A stretch of DNA of 64,000 nt from Eledone cirrhosa. Taxonomy: Eukaryota. The stretch covers positions 201,624,001-201,688,000 of the forward strand of contig OZ024741.1 of NCBI GenBank assembly GCA_964016885.1. Direction: 5' to 3'. Both the position numbers and the translations under genes were made by a program. Below, in pieces: positions 1 to 13,559 of this stretch; the first letter of the stretch is position 1; every line of letters starts with the position of its first letter. The notes under the pieces are model-generated. The model was not told the origin of the DNA and did no database searches. It was given only the letters and a program-made list of their open reading frames with translations.

Positions 1-615
1 ATGGAGTTCCACTGAAACAGGTAGAGAAGTTCAAATATCTTGGGGCTGTGTTCCTGAGTGATGGAAGGCAGGAGGTTGAATTATATGCTAGAATTGCAAA
101 AGCTGATGCAGTAATGCACCAACTTCAGCATTCAGTAATCAGAAGAAGGGAGGTAGGTGTGAAAGCCAAACTTGCTATCTTCAATTTGGTATTCCTGCCA
201 ACCCATGCCTATGGTCATAAATCTTGGGCAATGACTGAAAGAATAAGATTGTGAATACAAGCGGCTGAAATGGGATTCCTCCAAAGGGTCTTTGGAGTAA
301 CGTTATTCGATAAAGTGTGTAGCTCAGAGATCAGAGTCATTCCAGGTAGAGCTACTACTTCTCCGAATTAAGAGATCTCAGCTCTGATACTATGGGCATG
401 TGGTTACAAGGTCTCGGGAAAGAATCACTGGAGAGATTTTACAGGCAAAACCAACTGGCATGTGACCCAGAGGTAGAGCCTGAGCAAGATAGTTGGATAA
501 CATCTATGAGCTCGGCTGGTTTTGCTTGGGCACCAGCTAGTTCAGTTAGAGATGTTTGCTTCTGACAGACCCGCTGGAAGGCGTATTTGAGGACTCTGCA
601 CCCATGATCCTCTTA
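1..615 (+). mobile_element. RTE-clade LINE (Rex3/Expander-like) 3' fragment, decayed
   Basis: Translates as KQVEKFKYLGAVFLSDGR...ARIAKA...KAKLAIFNLVFLPTHAYGHKSWAMTER...IQAAEMGFLQRV...QL*YYGHV. This is RT motif 7 plus the RTE C-terminus, with in-frame stops. Confidence 0.8.
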
Positions 616-639
616 GAAATAAGTGGGCGAAGAAAAAGT

Positions 640-745
640 AGATATTGTCAATTTACTTTTCAATTTAAGTAATATATATGCATATATATTTGTGTATAAT
701 ACCAATATGCACACTACATATACTAGCAGAAAACCGCCTGCTAGT
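640..745 (+). mobile_element. Helitron-like non-autonomous 3' terminus, homologous to 49730-49851
   Basis: atattgtcaatt...gcatatata...cacactacata-ctagcagaaaacc..ctgCTAG-T matches the end of the 48930-49851 element. The subterminal hairpin is partly deleted. Confidence 0.5.
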
Positions 746-811
746 ATATATAATTCAGATGAAAAAATATTATAAGTGGGCAGATTTACATGTGCGTGCA
801 AGCATGTTATG

Positions 812-3800
812 GATGTATGTGTGCCAGTATGTAGTGTAAGATGTATGTGTGCCAGTATATACAGTGTAAGATGTATGTGTGCCAGTATATACGGTGTAAG
901 ATGTATGTGTGCCAGTATATAGTGTAAGATGTATGTGTGCCAGTATGTAGTGTAAGATGTATGTGTGCCAGTATATACAGTGTAAGATGTATGTGTGCCA
1001 GTATATAGTGTAAGATGTATGTGTGCCAGTATATACAGTGTAAGATGTATGTGTACCAGTATGTAGTGTAAGATGTATGTGTGCCAGTATGTAGTGTAAG
1101 ATGTATGTGTGCCAGTACGTAGTGTGAGATGTATGTGTGCCAGTATATACAGTGTAAGATGTATGTGTGCCAGTATGTAGTGTAAGATGTATGTGTGCCA
1201 GTATATAGTATAAGATGTATGTGTGTCAGTATGTAGTGTAAGATGTATGTGTGTCAGTATGTAGTGTAAGATGTATGTGTGCCAGTATGTAGTGTAAGAT
1301 GTATGTGTGCCAGTATATACAGTGTAAGATGTATGTGTGGCAGTATATAGTGTAAGATGTATGTGTGCCATTATATAGTGTAAGGTGTATGTGTGCCAGT
1401 ATACAGTGTAAGATGTATGTGTGCCAGTATGTAGTGTAAGATGTATGTGTGCCAGTATGTAGTGTAAGATGTATGTGTGCCAGTATGTAGTGTAAGATGT
1501 ATGTGTACCAGTATGTAGTGTAAGATGTATGTGTGCCAGTATATAGTGTAAGATGTATGTGTGGCAGTATATAGAGTGTAAGATGTATGTGTGCCAGTAT
1601 GTAGTGTAAGATGTATGTGTACCAGTATACAGTGTAAGATGTATGTGTGCCAGTATATACAGTGTAAGATGTATGTGTGCCAGTATATAGTATAAGATGT
1701 ATGTGTGCCAGTATACAGTGTAAGATGTATGTGTGCCAGTATATAGTGTAAGATGTATGTGTGCCAGTATACAGTGTAAGATGTATGTGTGCCAGTATAT
1801 AGTGTAAGATGTATGTGTACCAGTATATAGTGTAAGATGTATGTGTGCCAGTATACAGTGTAAGATGTATGTGTACCAGTATACAGTGTAAGATGTATGT
1901 GTGCCAGTATACAGTGTAAGATGTATGTGTGCCATTATACAGTGTAAGATGTATGTGTGCCAGTATATAGTGTAAGATGTATGTGTGCCAGTATACAGTG
2001 TAAGATGTATGTGTGCCAGTATGTAGTGTAAGATGTATGTGTGCCAGTATACAGTGTAAGATGTATGTGTGCCAGTATACAGTGTAAGATGTATGTGTGC
2101 CAGTATATAGAGTGTAAGATGTATGTGTGCCAGTATATGGTGTAAGATGTATGTGTGCCAGTATGTAGTGTAAGATGTATGTGTGCCAGTATACAGTGTA
2201 AGATGTATGTGTGCCAGTATATAGTGTAAGATGTATGTGTGCCAGTATGTAGTGTAAGATGTATGTGTGCCAGTATGTAGTGTAAGATGTATGTGTGCCA
2301 GTATGTAGTGTAAGATGTATGTGTGCCAGTATATAGTGTAAGATATATGTGTGCCAGTATATAGAGTGTAAGATGTATGTGTGCCAGTATATAGTGTAAG
2401 ATGTATGTGTGCCAGTATGTAGTGTAAGATGTATGTGTGCCAGTATATAGTGTAAGATGTATGTGTGCCATTATATAGTGTAAGATGTATGTGTGCCAGT
2501 ATGTAGTGTAAGATGTATGTGTGCCAGTATGTAGTGTAAGATGTATGTGTGCCAGTATATAGTGTAAGATGTATGTGTGCCAGTATGTAGTGTAAGATGT
2601 ATGTGTGCCAGTATGTAGTGTAAGATGTATGTGTGCCAGTATGTAGTGTAAGATGTATGTGTGCCAGTATATAGTGTAAGATGTATGTGTGCCAGTATAT
2701 AGTGTAAGATGTATGTGTGCCAGTATATAGTGTAAGATGTATGTGTGCCAGTATATAGTGTAAGATGTATGTGTGCCAGTATATACAGTGTAAGATGTAT
2801 GTGTACCAGTATGTAGTGTAAGATGTATGTGTGCCAGTATGTAGTGTAAGATGTATGTGTGCCAGTACGTAGTGTGAGATGTATGTGTGCCAGTATATAC
2901 AGTGTAAGATGTATGTGTGCCAGTATATAGTGTAAGATGTATGTGTGCCAGTATGTAGTGTAAGATGTATGTGTGCCAGTATGTAGTGTAAGATGTATGT
3001 GTGCCAGTATATACAGTGTAAGATGTATGTGTGCCAGTATATAGTGTAAGATGTATGTGTGCCAGTATATAGTATAAGATGTATGTGTGCCAGTATATAG
3101 TATAAGATGTATGTGTGCCAGTATGTAGTGTAAGATGTATGTGTGCCAGTATGTAGTGTAAGATGTATGTGTGCCAGTATATACAGTGTAAGATGTATGT
3201 GTGGCAGTATATAGTGTAAGATGTATGTGTGCCATTATATAGTGTAAGATGTATGTGTGCCAGTATACAGTGTAAGATGTATGTGTGCCAGTATGTAGTG
3301 TAAGATGTATGTGTGCCAGTATGTAGTGTAAGATGTATGTGTGCCAGTATATAGTGTAAGATGTATGTGTGGCAGTATATAGTGTAAGATGTATGTGTGC
3401 CAGTATGTAGTGTAAGATGTATGTGTGCCAGTATGTAGTGTAAGATGTATGTGTGCCAGTATGTAGTGTAAGATGTATGTGTGCCAGTATGTAGTGTAAG
3501 ATGTATGTGTGCCAGTATGTAGTGTAAGATGTATGTGTGCCAGTATATAGTGTAAGATGTATGTGTGCCAGTATGTAGTGTAAGATGTATGTGTGCCAGT
3601 ATATAGTGTAAGATGTATGTGTGCCAGTATGTAGTGTAAGATGTATGTGTGCCAGTATATAGTGTAAGATGTATGTGTACCAGTATGTAGTGTAAGATGT
3701 ATGTGTGCCAGTATGTAGTGTAAGATGTATGTGTGCCAGTATATAGTGTAAGATGTATGTGTGCCATTATGTAGTGTAAGATGTATGTGTGCCAGTATGT

Positions 3801-6800
3801 AGTGTAAGATGTATGTGTGCCAGTATGTAGTGTAAGATGTATGTGTGCCAGTATATAGTGTAAGATGTATGTGTGCCAGTATGTAGTGTAAGATGTATGT
3901 GTGCCAGTATATACAGTGTAAGATGTATGTGTGCCAGTATACAGTGTAAGATGTATGTGTGCCAGTATACAGTGGAAGATGTATGTGTGGCAGTATATAG
4001 AGTGTAAGATGTATGTGTGGCAGTATATAGAGTGTAAGATGTATGTGTGCCAGTATATAGTGTAAGATGTATGTGTGCCATTATATAGTGTAAGATGTAT
4101 GTGTGCCAGTATGTAGTGTAAGATGTATGTGTGCCAGTATGTAGTGTAAGATGTATGTGTGCCAGTATATAGTGTAAGATGTATGTGTGCCAGTATGTAG
4201 TGTAAGATGTATGTGTGCCAGTATGTAGTGTAAGATGTATGTGTGCCAGTATGTAGTGTAAGATGTATGTGTGCCAGTATATAGTGTAAGATGTATGTGT
4301 GCCAGTATATAGTGTAAGATGTATGTGTGCCAGTATATAGTGTAAGATGTATGTGTGCCAGTATATAGTGTAAGATGTATGTGTGCCAGTATATACAGTG
4401 TAAGATGTATGTGTACCAGTATGTAGTGTAAGATGTATGTGTGCCAGTATGTAGTGTAAGATGTATGTGTGCCAGTACGTAGTGTGAGATGTATGTGTGC
4501 CAGTATATACAGTGTAAGATGTATGTGTGCCAGTATATAGTGTAAGATGTATGTGTGCCAGTATGTAGTGTAAGATGTATGTGTGCCAGTATGTAGTGTA
4601 AGATGTATGTGTGCCAGTATATACAGTGTAAGATGTATGTGTGCCAGTATATACAGTGTAAGATGTATGTGTGCCAGTATATAGTGTAAGATGTATGTGT
4701 GCCAGTATATAGTATAAGATGTATGTGTGCCAGTATGTAGTGTAAGATGTATGTGTGCCAGTATGTAGTGTAAGATGTATGTGTGCCAGTATATACAGTG
4801 TAAGATGTATGTGTGGCAGTATATAGTGTAAGATGTATGTGTGCCATTATATAGTGTAAGATGTATGTGTGCCAGTATACAGTGTAAGATGTATGTGTGC
4901 CAGTATGTAGTGTAAGATGTATGTGTGCCAGTATGTAGTGTAAGATGTATGTGTGGCAGTATATAGAGTGTAAGATGTATGTGTGCCAGTATATAGTGTA
5001 AGATGTATGTGTGGCAGTATATAGAGTGTAAGATGTATGTGTGCCAGTATGTAGTGTAAGATGTATGTGTGCCAGTATATAGTGTAAGATGTATGTGTGC
5101 CAGTATACAGTGTAAGATGTATGTGTGCCAGTATGTAGTGTAAGATGTATGTGTGCCAGTATGTAGTGTAAGATGTATGTGTACCAGTATATAGTGTAAG
5201 ATGTATGTGTGCCAGTATACAGTGTAAGATGTATGTGTGCCAGTATGTAGTGTAAGATGTATGTGTGCCAGTATATGGTGTAAGATGTATGTGTGCCAGT
5301 ATGTAGTGTAAGATGTATGTGTGGCAGTATACAGTGTAAGATGTATGTGTGCCAGTATATAGTGTAAGATGTATTTGTGCCAGTATGTAGTGTAAGATGT
5401 ATGTGTGCCAGTATGTAGTGTAAGATGTATGTGTGCCAGTATGTAGTGTAAGATGTATGTGTGCCAGTATATAGTGTAAGATGTATGTGTGCCAGTATGT
5501 AGTGTAAGATGTATGTGTGCCAGTATATAGTGTAAGATGTATGTGTGCCAGTATGTAGTGTAAGATGTATGTGTGCCAGTATATAGTGTAAGATGTATGT
5601 GTACCAGTATGTAGTGTAAGATGTATGTGTGCCAGTATGTAGTGTAAGATGTATGTGTGCCAGTATATAGTGTAAGATGTATGTGTGCCATTATGTAGTG
5701 TAAGATGTATGTGTGCCAGTATGTAGTGTAAGATGTATGTGTGCCAGTATGTAGTGTAAGATGTATGTGTGCCAGTATATAGTGTAAGATGTATGTGTGC
5801 CAGTATGTAGTGTAAGATGTATGTGTGCCAGTATATACAGTGTAAGATGTATGTGTGCCAGTATACAGTGTAAGATGTATGTGTGCCAGTATACAGTGGA
5901 AGATGTATGTGTGGCAGTATATAGAGTGTAAGATGTATGTGTGCCAGTATGTAGTGTAAGATGTATGTGTGCCAGTATGTAGTGTAAGATGTATGTGTGC
6001 CAGTATGTAGTGTAAGATGTATGTGTGCCATTATATAGTGTAAGATGTATGTGTGCCAGTATATAGTGTAAGATGTATGTGTGCCAGTATACAGTGTAAG
6101 ATGTATGTGTGGCAGTATATAGAGTGTAAGATGTATGTGTGCCAGTATGTAGTGTAAGATGTATGTGTGCCAGTATGTAGTGTAAGATGTATGTGTACCA
6201 GTATATAGTGTAAGATGTATGTGTGCCAGTATGTAGTGTAAGATGTATGTGTCCCAGTATGTAGTGTAAGATGTATGTGTACCAGTATATAGTGTAAGAT
6301 GTATGTGTGCAAGTATATACAGTGTAAGATGTATGTGTGCCAGTATATAGTGTAAGATGTATGTGTGCCAGTATATAGTGTAAGATGTATGTGTGCCAGT
6401 ATGTAGTGTAAGATGTATGTGTGCCAGTATATACAGTGTAAGATGTATGTGTGCCAGTATGTAGTGTAAGATGTATGTGTGGCAGTATATAGTGTAAGAT
6501 GTATGTGTGCCATTATATAGTGTAAGATGTATGTGTGCCAGTATATACAGTGTAAGATGTATGTGTGCCAGTATGTAGTGTAAGATGTATGTGTGGCAGT
6601 ATATAGTGTAAGATGTATGTGTGCCATTATATAGTGTAAGATGTATGTGTGCCAGTATATACAGTGTAAGATGTATGTGTGCCAGTATGTAGTGTAAGAT
6701 GTATGTGTGGCAGTATATAGTGTAAGATGTATGTGTGCCAGTATATACAGTGTAAGATGTATGTGTGCCAGTATATAGTGTAAGATGTATGTGTGCCAGT

Positions 6801-9800
6801 ATGTAGTGTAAGATGTATGTGTGCCAGTATATACAGTGTAAGATGTATGTGTGCCTGTATACAGTGTAAGATGTATGTGTGCCAGTATACAGTGTAAGAT
6901 GTATGTGTGCCAGTATACAGTGTAAGATGTATGTGTGCCAGTATGTAGTGTAAGATGTATGTGTGCCATTATACAGTGTAAGATGTATGTGTGCCAGTAT
7001 GTAGTGTAAGATGTATGTGTGCCAGTATGTAGTGTAAGATGTATGTGTGCCAGTATGTAGTGTAAGATGTATGTGCGCCAGTATATAGTGTAAGATGTAT
7101 GTGTGCCAGTATGTAGTGTAAGATGTATGTGTGCCAGTATATACAGTGTAAGATGTATGTGTGCCAGTATATACAGTGTAAGATGTATGTGTGCCAGTAT
7201 ACAGTGTAAGATGTATGTGTGGCAGTATATAGTGTAAGATGTATGTGTGGCAGTATATAGTGTAAGATGTATGTGTGAAAGTATATAGTGTAAGATGTAT
7301 GTGTGCCAGTATATACAGTGTAAGATGTATGTGTGGCAGTATATAGTGTAAGATGTATGTGTGCCATTATATAGTGTAAGATGTATGTGTGCCAGTATGT
7401 AGTGTAAGATGTATGTGTGCCAGTATGTAGTGTAAGATGTATGTGTGCCAGTATATACAGTGTAATATGTATGTGTGCCAGTATACAGTGTAAGATGTAT
7501 GTGTAAGATGTATGTGTGCCAGTATGTAGCGTAAGATGTATGTGTGCCAGTATATAGTGTAAGATGTATGTGTGCCAGTATATAGTGTAAGATGTATGTG
7601 TGCCAGTATATAGAGTGTAAGATGTATGTGTGCCAGTATACAGTGTAAGATGTATGTGTGCCAGTATGTAGTGTAAGATGTATGTGTGCCAGTATGTAGT
7701 GTAAGATGTATGTGTGCCAGTATATACAGTGTAAGATGTATGTGTGCCAGTATATAGTGTAAGATGTATGTGTGCCAGTATGTAGTGTAAGATGTATGTG
7801 TGCCAGTATGTAGTGTAAGATGTATGTGTGCCAGTATGTCGTGTAAGATGTATGTGTGCCAGTATGTCGTGTAAGATGTATGTGTGCCAGTACGTAGTGT
7901 AAGATGTATGTGTGCCAGTATATACAGTGTAAGATGTATGTGTGCCAGTATACAGTGTAAGATGTATGTGTGCCAGTATACAGTGTAAGATGTATGTGTG
8001 GCAGTATATAGTGTAAGATGTATGTGTGGCAGTATATATATAGTGTAAGATGTATGTGTGCCAGTATATAGTGTAAGATGTATGTGTGCCAGTATATACA
8101 GTGTAAGATGTATGTGTGCCAGTATGTAGTGTAAGATGTATGTGTGCCAGTATGTAGTGTAAGATGTATGTGTGCCAGTATGTAGTGTAAGATGTATGTG
8201 TGCCAGTATACAGTGTAAGATGTATGTGTGGCAGTATATAGAGTGTAAGATGTATGTGTGCCATTATATAGTGTAAGATGTATGTGTGCCAGTATATACA
8301 GTGTAAGATGTATGTGTGCCAGTATATACAGTGTAAGATGTATGTGTGCCAGTATGTAGTGTAAGATGTATGTGTGCCAGTATGTAGTGTAAGATGTATG
8401 TGTGCCAGTATATACAGTGTAAGATGTATGTGTGCCAGTATATAGAGTGTAAGATGTATGTGTGGCAGTATATAGTGTAAGATGTATGTGTGGCAGTATA
8501 TATAGTGTAAGATGTATGTGTGCCAGTATACAGTGTAAGATGTATGTGTGCCAGTATATAGTGTAAGATGTATGTGTGCCAGTATATAGTGTAAGATGTA
8601 TGTGTGCCAGTATATAGTGTAAGATGTATGTGTGCCAGTATATACGGTGTAAGATGTATGTGTGCCAGTATGTAGTGTAAGATGTATGTGTGCCAGTATA
8701 TAGAGTAAGATGTATGTGTGCCAGTATATACGGTGTAAGATGTATGTGTGACAGTATGTAGTGTAAGATGTATGTGTGCCAGTATATAGTGTAAGATGTA
8801 TGTGTGCCAGTGTATAGTGTAAGATGTATGTGTGCCAGTATATACAGTGTAAGATGTATGTGTGCCAGTATACAGTGTAAGATGTATGTGTGCCAGTATG
8901 TAGTGTAAGATGTATGTGTGGCAGTATATACAGTGTAAGATGTATGTGTGCCAGTATATAGTGTAAGATGTATGTGTGCCAGTATATAGTGTAAGATGTA
9001 TGTGTGCCAGTATATACAGTGTAAGATGTATGTGTGCCAGTATACAGTGTAAGATGTATGTGTGCCAGTATGTAGTGTAAGATGTATGTGTGCCAGTATA
9101 CAGTGTAAGATGTATGTGTGCCAGTATATAGTGTAAGATGTATGTGTGCCATTATATAGTGTAAGATGTATGTGTGCCAGTATACAGTGTAAGATGTATG
9201 TGTGCCAGTATGTAGTGTATGATGTATGTGTGGCAGTATATAGTGTAAGATGTATGTGTGCCAGTATGTAGTGTAAGATGTATGTGTGCCTGTATGTAGT
9301 GTAAGATGTATGTGTGCCAGTATGTTGTGTAAGATGTATGTGTGCCAGTATGTAGTGTAAGATGTATGTGTGCCAGTATGTAGTGTATGATGTATGTGTG
9401 CCAGTATGTTGTGTAAGATGTATGTGTGCCAGTATATACAGTGTAAGATGTATGTGTGCCAGTATACAGTGTAAGATGTATGTTTGCCAGTATGTAGTGT
9501 ATGATGTATGTGTGGCAGTATATAGTGTAAGATGTATGTGTGCCAGTATGTAGTGTAAGATGTATGTGTGCCAGTATGTAGTGTAAGATGTATGTGTGCC
9601 AGTATGTAGTGTAAGATGTATGTGTGCCAGTATGTAGTGTAAGATGTATGTGTGCCAGTATGTAGTGTAAGATGTATGTGTGCCAGTATGTTGTGTAAGA
9701 TGTATGTGTGCCAGTATATACAGTGTAAGATGTATGTGTGCCAGTATACAGTGTAAGATGTATGTGTACCAGTATATAGTGTAAGATGTATGTGTGCCAG

Positions 9801-12800
9801 TATGTAGTGTAAGATGTATGTGTGCTAGTATGTAGTGTAAGATGTATGTGTGCCAGTATGTTGTGTAAGATGTATGTGTGCCAGTATATACAGTGTAAGA
9901 TGTATGTGTGCCAGTATACAGTGTAAGATGTATGTGTACCAGTATATAGTGTAAGATGTATGTGTGCCAGTATGTAGTGTAAGATGTATGTGTGCCAGTA
10001 TGTAGTGTAAGATGTATGTGTGCCAGTATATACAGTGTAAGATGTATGTGTGCCAGTATATAGTGTAAGATGTATGTGTGCCAGTATGTAGTGTAAGATG
10101 TATGTGTGCCAGTATGTAGTGTAAGATGTATGTGTGCCAGTATGTAGTGTAAGATGTATGTGTGCCAGTATGTCGTATAAGATGTATGTGTGCCAGTATG
10201 TAGTGTAAGATGTATGTGTGCCAGTACGTAGTGTAAGATGTATGTGTGCCAGTATATACAGTGTAAGATGTATGTGTGCCAGTATATAGTGTAAGATGTA
10301 TGTGTGCCAGTATGAAGTGTAAGATGTATGTGTGGCAGTATATAGTGTAAGATGTATGTGTGGCAGTATATATAGTGTAAGATGTATGTGTGGCAGTATA
10401 TAGTGTAAGATGTATGTGTGCCAGTATATAGTGTAAGATGTATGTGTGCCAGTATATAGTGTAAGATGTATGTGTGCCAGTATATAGTGTAAGATGTATG
10501 TGTGCCAGTATATACAGTGTAAGATGTATGTGTGCCAGTATGTAGTGTAAGATGTATGTGTGCCAGTATGTAGTGTAAGATGTATGTGTGCCAGTATATA
10601 GTGTAAGATGTATGTGTGCCAGTATATAGTGTAAGATGTATGTGTGCCAGTATGTAGTGTAAGATGTATGTGTGCCAGTATATACAGTGTAAGATGTATG
10701 TGTGCCAGTAAATACAGTGTAAGATGTATGTGTGCCAGTATACAGTGTAAGATGTATGTTTGGCAGTATATAGTGTAAGATGTATGTGTGGCAGTATATA
10801 GTGTAAGATGTATGTGTGCCAGTATATACAGTGTAAGATGTATGTGTGGCAGTATATAGTGTAAGATGTATGTGTGCCATTATATAGTGTAAGATGTATG
10901 TGTGCCAGTATGTAGTGTAAGATGTATGTGTGCCAGTATATAGAGTGTAAGATGTATGTGTGCCAGTATATACAGTGTAAGATGTATGTGTGCCAGTATA
11001 CAGTGTAAGATGTATGTGTGCCAGTATGTAGTGTAAGATGTATGTGTGCCAGTATGTAGTGTAAGATGTATGTGTGCCAGTATATAGTGTAAGATGTATG
11101 TGTGCCAGTATATAGTGTAAGATGTATGTGTGCCAGTATATAGAGTGTAAGATGTATGTGTGCCAGTATACAGTGTAAGATGTATGTGTGGCAGTATATA
11201 GTGTAAGATGTATGTGTGCCAGTATATACAGTGTAATATGTATGTGTGCTAGTATACAGTGTAAGATGTATGTGTGCCAGTATGTAGTGTAAGATGTATG
11301 TGTGCCAGTATATACAGTGTAAGATGTATGTGTGCCAGTATATAGTGTAAGATGTATGTGTGCCAGTATGTAGTGTAAGATGTATGTGTGCCAGTATATA
11401 GAGTGTAAGATGTATGTGTGCCAGTATGTCGTGTAAGATGTATGTGTGCCAGTATGTAGTCTAAGATGTATGTGTGCCAGTACGTAGTGTAAGATGTACG
11501 TGTGCCAGTATATACAGTGTAAGATGTATGTGTGCCAGTATATACAGTGTAAGATGTATGTGTGCCAGTATATACAGTGTAAGATGTATGTGTGCCTGTA
11601 TACAGTGTAAGATGTATGTGTGCCAGTATGTAGTGTAAGATGTATGTGTGCCAGTATGTAGTGTAAGATGTATGCGTGCCAGTATATAGTGTAAGATGTA
11701 TGTGTGCCAGTATATAGAGTGTAAGATGTATGTGTGCCAGTATACAGTGTAAGATGTATGTGTGCCAGTATGTAGTGTAAGATGTATGTGTGCCAGTATA
11801 TAGAGTGTAAGATGTATGTGTGCCAGTATGTAGTGTAAGATGTATGTGTGCCAGTATATAGTGTAAGATGTATGTGTGCCAGTACGTAGTGTAAGATGTA
11901 TGTGTGCCAGTATATACAGTGTAAGATGTATGTGTGCCAGTATATACCGTGTAAGATGTATGTGTGCCAGTATACAGTGTAAGATGTATGTGTGGCAGTA
12001 TATAGTGTAAGATGTATGTGTGGCAGTATATAGTGTAAGATGTATGTGTGGCAGTATATAGTGTAAGATGTATGTGTGCCAGTATATACAGTGTAAGATG
12101 TATGTGTGGCAGTATATAGTGTAAGATGTATGTGTGCCATTATATAGTGTAAGATGTATGTGTGCCAATATGTAGTGTAAGATGTATGTGTGCCAGTATA
12201 TAGAGTGTAAGATGTATGTGTGCCAGTATGTAGTGTAAGATGTATGTGTGCCAGTATACAGTGTAAGATGTATGTGTGCCAGTATGTAGTGTAAGATGTA
12301 TGTGTGCCAGTATATAGTGTAATATGTATGTGTGCCAGTATACAGTGTAAGATGTATGTGTGCCAGTATGTAGTGTAAGATGTATGAGTGCCAGTATGTA
12401 GTGTAAGATGTATGTGTGCCAGTATATAGTGTAAGATGTATGTGTGCCAGTATATAGTGTAAGATGTATGTGTGCCAGTATATAGAGTGTAAGATGTATG
12501 TGTGCCAGTATACAGTGTAAGATGTATGTGTGCCAGTATGTAGTGTAAGATGTATGTGTGCCTGTACGTAGTGTAAGATGTATGTGTGCCAGTATACAGT
12601 GTAAGATGTATGTGTACCAGTATACAGTGTAAGATGTATGTGTGCCAGTATACAGTGTAAGATGTATGTGTACCAGTATACAGTGTAAGATGTATGTGTG
12701 CCAGTATGTAGTGTAAGATGTATGTGTGCCAGTATGTTGTGTAAGATGTATGTGTGCCAGTATATAGTGTAAGATGTATGTGTGCCAGTATATACAGTGT

Positions 12801-13405
12801 AAGATGTATGTGTGCCAGTATAGAGTGTAAGATGTATGTGTACCAGTATGTTGTGTAAGATGTATGTGTGCCAGTATACAGTGTAAGATGTATGTGTGCC
12901 AGTATGTAGTGTAAGATGTATGTGTGCCAGTATACAGTGTAAGATGTATGTGTGCCAGTATACAGTGTAAGATGTATGTGTGCCAGTATGTAGTGTAAGA
13001 TGTATGTGTGCCAGTATATAGTGTAAGATGTATGTGTGCCAGTATATACAGTGTAAGATGTATGTGTGCCAGTATGTAGTGTAAGATGTATGTGTGCCAG
13101 TATATACAGTGTAAGATGTATGTGTGCCAGTATACAGTGTAAGATGTATGTGTGCCAGTATATACAGTGTAAGATGTATGTGTGCCAGTATATACAGTGT
13201 AAGATGTATGTGTGCCAGTATATAGTGTAAGATGTATGTGTGCCAGTATATACAGTGTAAGATGTATGTGTGCCAGTATACAGTGTAAGATGTATGTGTG
13301 CCAGTATGTAGTGTAAGATGTATGTGTGCCAGTATATAGTGTAAGATGTATGTGTGCCAGTATATAGTGTAAGATGTATGTGTGCCAGTATGTACAGTGT
13401 AAGAT
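812..13405. repeat. Minisatellite/satellite array with 28-bp unit AGTGTAAGATGTATGTGTGCCAGTAT(GT/AT/AC) and 30-bp variants (ATAC/ATAG); roughly 440 units
   Basis: Directly visible, uninterrupted tandem repetition over ~12.6 kb. The unit count is estimated as length divided by unit size. Confidence 0.98.
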
Positions 13406-13559
13406 AGTGAAGCACACAAAGTTTGTGTATATGTTATGTTACACATATTTACAAACAAATAATTGGTGTGATTATAAAATTTTTCATAATATATATTTCT
13501 CTATTTGTCACAAAGGCGCACAAGAAAAGGGGACAATACAAAGACACATGCCAGGCATT

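Noticed and set aside
812-13405. CRISPR-like array
   Set aside because: The units are contiguous with only 2-4 variable bases. There are no unique spacers and no cas genes, and the context is eukaryotic.
613-13458. Long His/Thr/Tyr-rich ORFs (up to 1196 aa) as protein-coding genes
   Set aside because: They derive entirely from the tandem array, overlap in all three frames, have a unit length not divisible by 3, and have no unique domain or splice structure.
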